Origin: Asterias rubens
Lineage: Eukaryota
Assembly (NCBI RefSeq): GCF_902459465.1
Contig: NC_047080.1
Span: forward strand, 3,844,001 to 3,908,000
Length of the DNA: 64,000 bases
Direction of reading: 5' to 3'
The position numbers were made by a program, and so were the translations under genes. Under the pieces are notes generated by a model, which was not told the DNA's origin, made no database searches, and was given only the letters and a program-made list of their open reading frames with translations. Positions 51,201-62,973 of the stretch are shown here, piece by piece (position 1 is the first letter of the stretch; the number at the start of each line of letters is the position of its first letter).

Positions 51201-52144
51201 AAACAAACCATTACCCGAAAACATTTTACTTTTGAAACCTCTAATAATAAATATTTTCAAACATTTGCAGCATATTATTAAAACAATAATTGTATTATAA
51301 ATTTTCCGTTTAATTTCATAGAAATTATTTACTTCTTTAATAAACATTTTTAAAACGAAATGAAAGGAGCACAGATTTTGAGTGAAACAGGATATAAGTA
51401 AAACATGGCGCTCTCCATGAATGCAAGTAACATGTTTTCGAAACGTTTCTGAGTTTTCAATCCTATTTCATTCAGTTTTTCTCTCAGGTGAAGGGACCAC
51501 TGTTCAAGTAAACGTGTGAGTATAACGCTATAATATATATGAATGTTTGTGTTATTCCTATTGACTATTGTCATATTTGTGTGGTCAATGTTTTGTTAAA
51601 ATAACTTTGTAATGTTTGTTTGGTCGGTCTGTGACAATATAATAATAATAATAATAATATGACACACGTCGTACAGACGACACAGCCAGCACGCTGCGGG
51701 CGCTGTTGATCTGAGCGGGTGTTCTGAAAACATCGAGGCTGAGTTCGTTCATAATAATTAATATTATTATGATTTAAGTATTAAAAATAAAAGACATATG
51801 TTGGGTAAGACCCAGTTACTGGGGCGCTGTACTCCATCCATGTTGTTCTTAATTTTTCATTATCGGTCATACTTGTAGTTTTCAAAATTGTCATTATCCT
51901 AGTGTACTAAGTGCGACTGGAGAAAAAGGAGTCTGTGCCCAGTAACTGGGTCTAAACTTTAATGAGAGGTCATAAATTAGCAGTCCAATCAAATAAAGAC
52001 ATGCAAATGAAACCACTAAGGCAAGCCCCGCCAACTTACACATCCTTATTTATACTTATTTAAGATTTATCCTTAAAAGTTGCAAGTTACTAACAGATTT
52101 CATTTCTGTTTTTCCTAGGGTAAGTTATAACTAAAGCTCTCAGA

Positions 52145-55100
52145 ATGTCTGACGACGAGGCTACCCCCGTCTTTAAGAGGCAGAAAATTCATTATGGCAC
52201 ACTGGAGGACAGGCTAAGAGAGGAAACTTCAAAGGGATCCTTCCAGGCCGGAACCGAAGCTGGCAACATTAGCGTCTCGTCTGGTAAGTCTTAAATGAGA
52301 AGACAAAAAACAGGGCTCGAAATTTATGTTTACTGGACCAGAATTTAAGAAAGAGCTTTCTACAGAGTTTATCATGTGATTTTGTTTTGATTTGAGCAAG
52401 CCAAGCACCAAGAGAAGATTATCTCATTTGTGTTATTTGATAGTATATTTTGATACCCAATGGCCAGACTTGAAGTCAACATTTGAACGCTCTTCAAAGA
52501 AAGCAGTAATAGCTCTAGCCCAGGTTGGACTCCTCCGTTGCATGCAACGCGACGGAGTCCAGGGTATAAAGGTCCCGTACCATTGCGAACATTTTTCAAA
52601 AATACCTAAGTTGGGAGTCTGAACTTTTACTCACATGTTCCTTGTAGTTGGAACTCCAAGCCCGCTTTATTTAAAATTGTTGAATTGTCTCCTTTGGTGT
52701 TAATATTTTGTGAAAAGAAAATTGAAATTTACGTTTTCCATTCCCACGTCGTGCACTAACTTCCGTGTAAACACTTTCTTGCACTGATCACTGGCGGCGC
52801 CATCAACTTGCGTCAACCACTCACTAAGCAGATGGATAATAGTCAGCGAGCAATTTACACAAAGCGCAGTACATAGTATACCGAGCATAGACGTCTTGTG
52901 CCAAGACTCCATGTGCTGGAAGCGTATCTTTTTCCCAGGACAGATGAGGCCGTTAAATTGGCGCATGCTAAGTGGCCTCATCTGTCCTAGGAAAAAAATA
53001 TACGCGCGCAGGAAAGCGCCCTCTGTTGTCCGTCTATATGACAAGAAGAAGCCATGTGAAAAAGCAAGATGGCGGCAGACGGCTTTGCTGCTTATAAATA
53101 TTTTTTAAGAAAAAAACTCACTTTGTAACCGAAATTCAACCTGAACCTTTTAAAAATTCTATTTGAGGTGTAGTGTTTTCCAGTTTTATGCCTCCTGGAT
53201 TTTAAATGTGTATTGGAGGAGTTGAAGGTGATTTGATGGCACCTACCCAGTTGACGGCGAATAGCGGTAAGACAACGCGCTGCACTTGGCGCCATGCGCA
53301 CTTGGGCTCACACTATCCAGTGGTATACGATGATCAACATCGCCAGTGCAGAACTTCGACATATTTTCGGAAATAATTTCTTCCATGGATATATTTGTTA
53401 GCTGTAAACTCGTTGAAAATATAGTGAGGGACACTATGAATATATGAACGGAATTTCAACTTCTCAAATCAAGTAAAAAATTCAGAAAATTGTAGTCAAA
53501 TTTGTGTTCGCATTGTAAAGAACCTTTATACCCAGGACGTCAGTGCAGTAGCACTGACTGACGTCCTACCAGGGCTATAGTAGCTCCTTCTCTTCACTCA
53601 ACTATTATATACTTTTTCTTCAGGTGACACCTTTGACCTTGAGGAGCACGTCAGCGAACAGCGACTGGAGCTTCTTGCTGAATTTGAAAGAAGAAAAAAG
53701 GTAAGTTTGACGACTCTTTGAAAAATTCCTGAGACAAAAGATGGATAATTAAAACTATAAAATAAAATAAAAACTTTCCAAACCTTGGTTCAGGGCTAGA
53801 GTTTGCTCATGAAGCACTGTGCAAAATGCACACTGCTTCAAAGTTGATGGTGTTGCCCTCAAGATTCACATAGTGAGGACTGCATAAACCAGGGAATAAA
53901 CATAATATTAATAATAATAATAACAAAGTCTTATATAGCGCACGTATCTACCAAACAAGGTACTCAAGGCACTGAGTATGTACAAACTCTCAGAAGGAAA
54001 GTTTATTGCAGTGATGAATTCTGAAACCCAATTATTTAGCCCCTTAAAGGGGTTTACAAGGTGCTACGGCTCATCCAGCAGCCACAGCCAGGAACACCGG
54101 GGCGAACCCCTTCTCTTTCTGATAAGTGCACAGGGTTCTTATACATGCGTTACACAACACATGGGACCAACGGCTTTACGTCCCATCCGAAGGACGAAGC
54201 AATGGTTAAGCGTCTTGCTTAAGGACACTAGAGTCTTGGTTGGGGATTCGAACCCACACTCTGCTGATCAGAAACACCAGAGTTTGAGTTCGGTGCTCTT
54301 AACCTCTCGGCCACATTCCATTCTTCTATTGTGTATCCTTCTACTGTGTAGCTGCGCTAGGAGCGTCTTAAGATGGGACACCAGCGCATTATAAATGCCC
54401 ATTATCAATAATCTCATTATAATTATTATTTTATACAGCTTCGTCAGATCACTGTTTCTACCGATGATGCAGTGGTTAAAGCTCAGCTACGACAGAGAGG
54501 GGCACCAATATGTGAGTCTCTTAATGTTTTCTTTAGGAAATTTCAGTAGAGGCTATGCGGTACAAGATACATTTTTTCAGAGACGCCATTTAATAGATCA
54601 GGGGCTGATTTCACTAAGAGTTAGGACTAGTCCTAATTTAGGGCAAGTCCTAGGAGATACAAAAAATGTATGGCTAGTCCTATGTAAGAATGAGCAACTC
54701 ATCCTCACTCGAAATAAGACTAGTCCTAACTCTTTGTGAAATCCACCCCAGATGTTAGCTAGTACTTTCCCGAGTTCTGTGAAAAGATCCAGAGGCAAAT
54801 CACTCGTGTGAGATTCAAACCAACAACCTTCATTGCTAGGCAGTTTGAATCCTATGTGTTAGCAGCTGGTACTGCAACGATTTAATAAATGTTAGTTTTG
54901 CATCCGGTATAATTATAAAGAGAGTAATTGTTACCCACCCATACACTGATGTGTATTGAGCTTAGCATACTCTTTGCTTTCCGTAGTTCTGAGAAAAAGA
55001 CCACCTGGCAGGGTGTAAAACAAAATTCTTCTTTAATTGTTCAGGCTTGTTTGGAGAGGATAAGGCCGACAGAAGGGAGAGGTTGCGTCAATTGCTTGCT

Positions 55101-58100
55101 GTCGCTGGAGACGATGATTTCAGCCGACATCAAATTGAAGAAATTGCGAAAGAGAAAAAGAAAGAGGTAAAACATTTTGCTTTTGTTTGTTTTGTTGTGT
55201 GCTGTTTTGTTGTTGTGCTACTACAAGGTCCTTATTACAATTTGTTTGTATCTCCTAAATGTGGCTTAGCATAGTTAGAATACATAGGTTATTTGAGTTT
55301 ATTGGTGATTGATCCGCCCCTAAATATTTGTTTTGGCAAACAGTTATCTACGTTGCTGGAGTTTTTTATTAAATATAAATTTCTCCTTTACATCTTAAGA
55401 CTGTTTGATTATTGCAAAAATGAAATCATAAACATGGACCTCAAGGCACTAAAGCCAACTAATTCTTTATTGATTAATGAATTTACTTTTACCACAAATA
55501 GGAGGACCAAAAGACCTGGTACCACGAGGGACCGGATAGTCTGATGAAAGCTAGACTATGGATTGCAGAGTATTCATTACCAAGGTATGCTAAGATCCAC
55601 ATGTACTCATATGGTACAACAGTGTCTTGTGGAAACACATTATAAATGGATGGCACAGCATTGGTTATTGGAAGAGTTAGTTCATTTCATCAATTCCTAT
55701 GTTGGCGGCCTCCCTATTTTGTCGTATCTGAGGTTGTTGGTTCGAGTCCAACTCTAGTAAGTTTGTCATTGTTCAAATCAAAATCATTTAAAAATTTACC
55801 CAGTCAGTTTCCCTTGCGATTTATATTGATATCTGAAACAGAAAAGTGGCATCCCCTTACGGTGATCCCCTGGCTGCCGCTTAACAGGTTGTATCATAAT
55901 TTGGGTTTGATCCCTGGCTACATGGCTAAGCTTGGGCGATACCACGATGTTATCGAATATCGTGATATTAATTTGGAAACGATTTCGATATCGGATCGAT
56001 TTGGTTTTAATCGAAATATCGATATATCGCGATATATCGCGCTATCGATCAAGTATCGCAATATGGCGATGTATTTCCTAGCTGAGACATCTTGCACCCC
56101 ATAGGTTTGGAGTAAAACCAGAAGAATAGGTCATTAGAACACCTCTCTTATGCTATGACTGTCTCTTCTACAACTTTCACTGGGAGTTTGAAGACTGATG
56201 ATGTTAATCGCGATTATATCAAATATCGCGATATATTGTCGGCGATATATCGTAAATAAAATAAATCGATATCGCCCAAGCTTATACATGGCAGTGAATG
56301 GTTGTATGACTTCTTACTGGCACCCCTGAACAAAGATACTGACAAAATAGGGAGACCATCAACCTAGGGCTAGATAGCTCAGTTGGTAGAGCGCCGGCAC
56401 GTTAATCCAGAGGTCGTTGGTTCGAGTCCCACTCTGGTCAATTTTTGTTTGTTTAACTCAAAATGGTTCTATTTATATAAACCTTGTTTTATCACACCAG
56501 GGCAGAGAAGAGGATACAGGAATCCAGACTCGATAAGAATATTCCAGAATCCAAGAGGAATGCCAAGACTCAAGAGCTTCATCGTCATCTTAGGGTGAGT
56601 CAAACAAATATTTAACCCATCCAGGGTTGATACTGAAGCGTACAGACGACCTTGGTAATTGACAAGTAACTGCACTTTATGTAAACCAACATTTACATGA
56701 AATAATAAGCCCGTGAAAGTTTATGATCAATCGGTTATTGGAGTCAAAGGAAAACGGACAACTAACCTCTAGCACTATACTCAGTATTTTCCTTAGTTCT
56801 GTGAACAAAATCACAGGCGTATTACTCAAGCGGGATTGGAACCCACAACCTTAGCATTTCTTGAGCAGTGTCTTACCAACTAGACCACCGAGAGTGCCAA
56901 AAATAACAGGCATAATACTCAGGTGGGATTCGAACTCACAACCTTAGCATTTCTTGAGCAGTGTCTTACCAACTAGACCACCGAGAGTGCCCAGTATCTA
57001 GGGGCAGTTTGAATTCTATATTTTAGCAGCGGGTACCACAACGATTTAATAGACCATCTTTATACCATGTAAGTTTTGCAAATCTGTCAGCATTTTGATT
57101 TTCAGTCTCAGTAATGTTGAGCCTATCCGTTAATGGGGAAGTATTTCTTTGGTTTTGGAAAATACAAAGTCTACTTCTCGCCCTCTTGTTAACCAGAAAA
57201 ATATATACAACCTGTGAAAATTTCATCTACAGTGGTAAGGTTTACCTGTAAACAACTTGGCTGTCCCGCAACTTTCTAACAATGTTCAGTAAACAGTATA
57301 CCAAATAGGTATTTATTACACTTTGGTTGGGGTTTTTTTCAGTCCCTGACAGCTATAGGGAGTCAAATCGGCGACACACGACCCATCTCGTACTGCCAGT
57401 TCAGTCCAAATTCTCAGATCTTAGCAACTGCATCGTGGTAAGTCTACATCCATGCTTGTTTAAATTTAGGGGTATGGGGAAGATGTCTATCCATCCACTC
57501 CAGGGTGGGTTGTGGTGGGGAGGGGATAGAAAAGCCTACACAGAATCATCCTCCAAGAATTCTGTGGCAGCAGTGAGAGCAATGTTCATGTGAAATCTTG
57601 GTAGCATTACTATTTTGAGTACCACACAATTCTCAAGAATTTCCTTTAAAGGTAGGGTCATAGATTGGTAATAATAAAACAATCTTACAATAAAAACTTT
57701 ACTTGGTGAGAACCACTGCAGCTATTGATAGTATTAAGCCATACAGCGGTTATCACACATCAGTGTAGCGAAAAATTGTATTTAAATATTTGTCTTGTTT
57801 CAGGAGTGGATTAATCAAGTTATGGTCAGTTCCAGACCTGAAAGGAATCCGAACACTCCGAGGTCATAATCATAACATCGGGGCCGTTGTATTCCACCCT
57901 AAAGCTACGGTATCCCTGGATGATCAAGCATGCTGTATGGCATCCTGTGCAGCTGATGGTAGCGTTAAACTTTGGAATCTAGTCAGGTAACAACAGTAAT
58001 ACCCAGCGATAGCCATCTTGAATTTTGTTAAACTTCTTCCATTCAAATCATGGATTACCCAGTACTTTCCCGAGTGCTGTGAACAACTCCACAGGCATTT

Positions 58101-60921
58101 CTCTTGGTAGAATTCAAACCGACAACCTTTGCATTGCTGGAGCAGATGTCTTCCCACTATAATGTAGCAGTGGTGTACTGAGTGGGGACCAGGGAGGGGG
58201 TGTGGTTGGTTGAAGTCTAACCTTACCCCCCCCCCCCCCCCCCCCCCCCTCATTCAACGATCTAAAGCATTTAGCTTCACCATTCCATAATTTTTATTGG
58301 TGTTCTTTGTTGTGATCGTGATGAGCCAGTTGCTATTAAGGAGGGCCATGCTGCGAGGTAGCTCGTCTCACTTACATTCCCACCGTGACCATTTCCCAGT
58401 GTTCTTATTTATGTTCTTATTGATGTTTTGATAGTGATGAGCCAGTTGCCAACATAGAGGGCCATGCTGCGAGGTAGCTCGTCTCACTTACATTCCCACC
58501 GTGACCATTTCCCAGTGTTCTTATTTATGTTCTTATTGATGTTTTGATAGTGATGAGCCAGTTGCCAACATAGAGGGCCATGCTGCGAGGTAGCTCGTCT
58601 CACTTACATTCCTACCGTGACCATTTCCCAGTGTTCTTATTTATGTTCTTATTGATGTTTTGATAGTGATGAGCCAGTTGCCAACATAGAGGGCCATGCT
58701 GCGAGGTAGCTCGTCTCACTTACATTCCTACCGTGACCATTTCCCAGTGTTCTTATTTATGTTCTTATTGATGTTTTGATAGTGATGAGCCAGTTGCCAA
58801 CATAGAGGGCCATGCTGCGAGGTAGCTCGTCTCACTTACATTCCTACCGTGACCATTTCCCAGTGTTCTTATTTATGTTCTTATTGATGTTTTGATAGTG
58901 ATGAGCCAGTTGCCAACATAGAGGGCCATGCTGCGAGGCAGCTCGTCTCACTTACATTCCTACCGTGACCATTTCCCAGTGTTCTTATTTATGTTCTTAT
59001 TGATGTTTTGATAGTGATGAGCCAGTTGCCAACATAGAGGGCCATGCAGCTAGAGTAGCTCGTCTCGCCTACCATCCATCCGGGAGATTTCTAGGAACAA
59101 CATGGTAAGACTAGGTGGCTGTATCCACAAACAATTTCCTGTCAGTCTGTAGATTATCAATTGCAGAGGTGGGATTGCAGAAGCGCGATCTTTAAATGCT
59201 ATCTTTCTGATTTTGACTGGAGACACTATAAAATTCAAGAAAATAGTATTTGAAGGGTTTGCTATTCAGACAGAAAACGTTTTTTTTCTGGAAGATTGGT
59301 GCTGGTATGAACTTTATAATAAGTGAGATGTCAGATTGAAACTACATTATTTATTGTTGTAATTATTTTTTACTTTAAAGGGAATTTAGATAACGAGAAA
59401 CATTGTCCTACGATGACACCATCCTTATAACATGTGCATCAATTTATGTCTTGTTGGTTTCTTCCCATCGATAGTTTTGACATGTCATGGCGCTTGTGGG
59501 ACCTCGAAGCACAAGATGAAATTCTTCACCAAGAAGGCCATAGCAGATCAGTATATTCCATTGGATTCCAGTGTGATGGTTCACTGTGTGCTACCGGGTA
59601 TGTCAATTTATGTCTACGTCAAAGGTTCTTTTGTTCCTTGCTGAGTTTCTAGTCAATGTACCAACTATAACAAGAAGTTTTTGTTTAAACAAAGGTTCTT
59701 TTGGTCTTTGCTGAGTGCTCATTTATGCACCAACTAGAACTGTTCTCTGCTGTTTGTTCAAAAAATTTCCAGCTAGAAGCAAGTGTTAATTTGTTGTTGT
59801 TTCACCCGTGCACAGTGGAATGGATTCATTTGGTCGCATTTGGGATCTTAGAACAGGACGATGCATAATGTTCATGGAAGGCCATCTCAAGTCTGTCCTG
59901 GATGTCAGCTTCTCCCCAAATGGGTAAGTCTCTCAAAATTGTTAGTGTCTTTAAAAATGTCTGTTTTGTTTCATCCAAATAATAAAAAGTCACATAAGCA
60001 ATGACTCCCAAAGCCCCCCCCCCCCCCCCCCCAGTTCCATTATCTTTCAATAATTCTAATGTGATTACTTACTTTTAGGTATCAATTGGCAACAGCGAGT
60101 GAGGATCATTCGGTCAAGTTGTGGGATCTGAGACAACGGAAATGTCTTTACACCATTCCAGCTCATAATAACATCGTGTCAGGGGTCAAGTTTCAAGGTA
60201 AGGGTGACAAAAATTGAGTGGGGCACCAGTCACAAACACTGAAACAGAATAAGTTAAACATAATGTAATTTTGACTGGTATGCTGTTTCTGTTAAGCAAT
60301 ATTTTTCCGTGCTTAGCAAGTTTGTGTACTTACATACGTTATGATACTGGGCCCTAGTTAAGCATGTTTTTATAGTGAAAACCAATTATTACCCCTATTG
60401 TAACTTGTAACTTTAAAACAAAATATTGTTCATATTTTTCTGTATAGGGGACTACTTAATCAGCTGTTCCTATGACAACACAGCAAAGGTGAGTATTTTT
60501 GTTTCTATTATGTTTTGCCCAAACTTAGTGGCTACCCAGTCTGGTTGGTCTCATGTGTATACATAGTTGGTCAACCAATTGGTGCCTAGTTAATACCAAG
60601 TGGTGATTTGTGTGGAGACACTTGGTAGATTTTAAGCTGATGCTCACTTTGTACACACACAGAGCCAAAAGATAGGCTACTTTGGTGGGAATTGAACCAT
60701 CGACCCCCGCATAAACATGTAGTCCCCACCCTTTGTAATGGTGCCTTAATAACCTGGATTCTTCCATTATCGTATAGGTATGGGCACATCCCGGCTGGTC
60801 ACCTCTTATGACCCTTGCTGGTCACGACAGCAAGATCATGTCAGTAGATATATCAACCAATGAACAGTACATAGCAACTGCGTCATTCGACCGAACCTTC
60901 AAGCTCTGGGCGTCAGAATAA
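52145..60921 (+). CDS. PRPF4: U4/U6 snRNP protein Prp4 (WD40), 14 coding exons, ~496 aa
   Basis: Exons 52145-52283, 53624-53700, 54439-54511, 55045-55166, 55502-55584, 56501-56594, 57343-57437, 57804-57986, 59015-59104, 59475-59597, 59816-59923, 60079-60197, 60448-60488, 60778-60921 (1491 nt, in frame). SFM domain (LFGE..ADRRERL), TWYHEGP, seven WD repeats, and the ending [10 protein letters not shown]. Confidence 0.96.
53905..54315 (-). mobile_element. Near full-length tRNA-derived SINE with (TTA)n tail
   Basis: B box (reverse complement of ggggattcgaacccac at ~54243-54258), body shared with 31650-31922, and an (aat)n tract at ~53905-53925. Confidence 0.7.
55927..56284. mobile_element. hAT-like MITE (same family as 41845-42207, opposite orientation)
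   Basis: Same TIRs with 8-bp TSD tacatggc. Confidence 0.87.
56368..56450 (+). mobile_element. tRNA-like SINE head / pseudo-tRNA
   Basis: A and B boxes, acceptor stem and D stem fold, but the anticodon arm is defective. Related decayed copies at ~35933, ~41147 and ~55725. Confidence 0.7.
58319..59014 (+). repeat. Six 116-bp tandem copies of the PRPF4 intron 8 acceptor plus the 5' half of exon 9
   Basis: Exon-like parts start at 58319, 58435, 58551, 58667, 58783 and 58899; the true exon starts at 59015. The period is exactly 116 bp. Confidence 0.95.
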
Positions 60922-62274
60922 AGAACCAACAACTGGAGGTCGCACTATCTCCAATGAACTTCCAGCTTCAAGTGCAACACAACGACCCTTGACCTTTGAC
61001 TGGATCAAGATATGCCAGGTTTGAAATCTTCCACTTGAAACCATAAAAAATTACCAGTTACACTGATACAAAAAGTACTGTTTCAAAGAAAGGCACAAAC
61101 TCATGCCAACATAGGTTAAGTTCATGCGAGGGACTAAAGTCGACCATTGCCTGGCGATTTTGCCTGGTAATCATGATGTATTGTATGTGTAGGTATCCAT
61201 GGAATATTGACAAAAGGTTGAAAAATGGCCGCCGCCCAAACTAAGTTAAATGCAATTTGTGATACTTCAAGCCACCCATACACAATGGCATTCACATGTC
61301 TATTGAGCCAATTCACCCAACTTTTATCGCTGTAATAAACCTTGGTTGTGCCATTTTTGGAGTCAGTTTACCTGTTTTACAATTTAACTTCCAAAATGGC
61401 GGACTATAGGCAGACGGTTTCTGTGTGTAGTGTCAATGCAAGTGGTCATAACAGTGCCTTTTTTACAACCATGACTTCAGATTTAGGCTTGGGCCCCGTT
61501 AGTTATTTTTACGACCCCGAACAATATATTGACAAAAACGAGAGAGACTGCCAAAGATATATTTGTAACTCAGTTGGTTGAGCATCGACCGGCAAATCTG
61601 GCGTTTTTTTTTCCAATCTTTTTCACTATCATGTCAGCCATTACAAGGTTCTGCCTGTGCACTGTGAGCTGCGAGTGAGATTGTTTTTAGTTTACCCTTT
61701 CGGGGGGAACTGGCCTATTAATTTTATCTTTTTGTACATTGTTAAACAATTTAAAAAATACACAAAAAGGTCCATTCAAATTCAACAAAGACAAATTTCT
61801 ACAGTTAGTAGTACTTTTATTATCTTTTTCTGTAAAATACATTGAAACATCTGTATGTCAATAAAATAATTTTTAAAAAGTGTGTGGTGTTAGACTATTG
61901 AGTAGTTCGAATGCAGTTGTTCTCATTGCCTTGCAATTTGCCAAGAAATTAATATAGTTGGATTGAACTCCATTCTGATGAGTCATCAAAGTTTGGGTTC
62001 GAATCCTGGTTGCGACACCTGTGAATTATATACCCGATTGTTTTACTACAAAAATATACTGCCACTAAAGATGAAATTTTTATTCCTTAGTTAAGGTTAG
62101 AAAAGAAATTCTAACTAGACATGATTGCATTTGTGCACAAATGCAGAGCTGTTTCGTTAATAACATTTTCAAAGAGTCAATACATAAATCAATCCCATAA
62201 TTTATAAAAACTTCAAAACCCGTCCTAAGCGGTGTCTTTTTTTTTAAGAGGTGCCTTGAGCACCGTATTGTTTT

Positions 62275-62405
62275 CTCCAGAAGACGATCAGAGTATACTG
62301 ATTGAAACGTCAAGTTGAAACCAAACGGTTCTTTTCAGAACCACCCTGACTCTTTTAGAGATTATCATAAACATGGTGTTACCGCAAACCTTTCCATATC
62401 GAATT
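62275..62405 (+). mobile_element. Penelope-like fragment with a degenerate minimal hammerhead motif
   Basis: ctc-cagaaga-c-gatcag-agtata-ctgatt-gaaacgtc. The downstream acatggtgttaccgcaaac also occurs at ~21512. Confidence 0.45.
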
Positions 62406-62973
62406 TCCACCATGCAAAGTTTCAAATCCTACCCACCTCATTGTTGGATACATGTACTATAAAAGACTACACTATTTCAGATGCGACTAGTCACTATTGC
62501 ATCAGACATGACGAAATTTGATTTTTGTCTACTCTTACACAATACCTATTACTCAATACCTATTATTAAAGGATAACACACAAAAATCCAGGCGTGGGTC
62601 TCGGTGCACCTTATAAAGTTTCCAATAGACATTAAGATTTTCCAATGGAAGCACAGGCCTACATGTTTCATTTGCTCCTTGGTAAAGGGCACCCTATGAG
62701 GAAATTGTAAATTTCTACTGGAGCATTTCAAGGGCACCAAGGAAATGACCAGGGGGCATGGAGGCAATCACCTTCGTTGCCGCAGTGAAGTATCAGAGCT
62801 GGAAGCACCCACTGCAAAATGGAAATTGCCCTTGCATTCTCAAAGATGAGACTCTAGGCCTGAAAATCCACAGGCTGTCTGGGGCTCTTAGACTGAACAC
62901 CTGTGTGTGATGATTTAATGACTCCCAAACTGCATCAGATTCATCCTTGTTGGATCCTTCGCTTGAAGCACTC

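Noticed and set aside
56368-56440. Apparent tRNA gene (GTT at the anticodon position)
   Set aside because: The anticodon stem has two mismatches, position 33 is C rather than U, and the T stem has a mismatch. Several decayed relatives in the window indicate a SINE head.
56810-56995. Direct ~90-bp duplication in PRPF4 intron 6 (also the ~44-bp duplication at 25051-25140)
   Set aside because: Local tandem duplication of a SINE fragment or AT-rich sequence, with no splice or coding signal.
58227-58250. Long poly-C tract (also ~60014-60032) as a functional G-quadruplex
   Set aside because: Simple homopolymers of this kind are scattered through the window and their length is unreliable in assemblies.
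58319-59014. Regularly spaced repeats resembling a CRISPR array
   Set aside because: Eukaryotic intron, whole units repeat with no unique spacers, no cas genes, and the unit derives from the PRPF4 exon.
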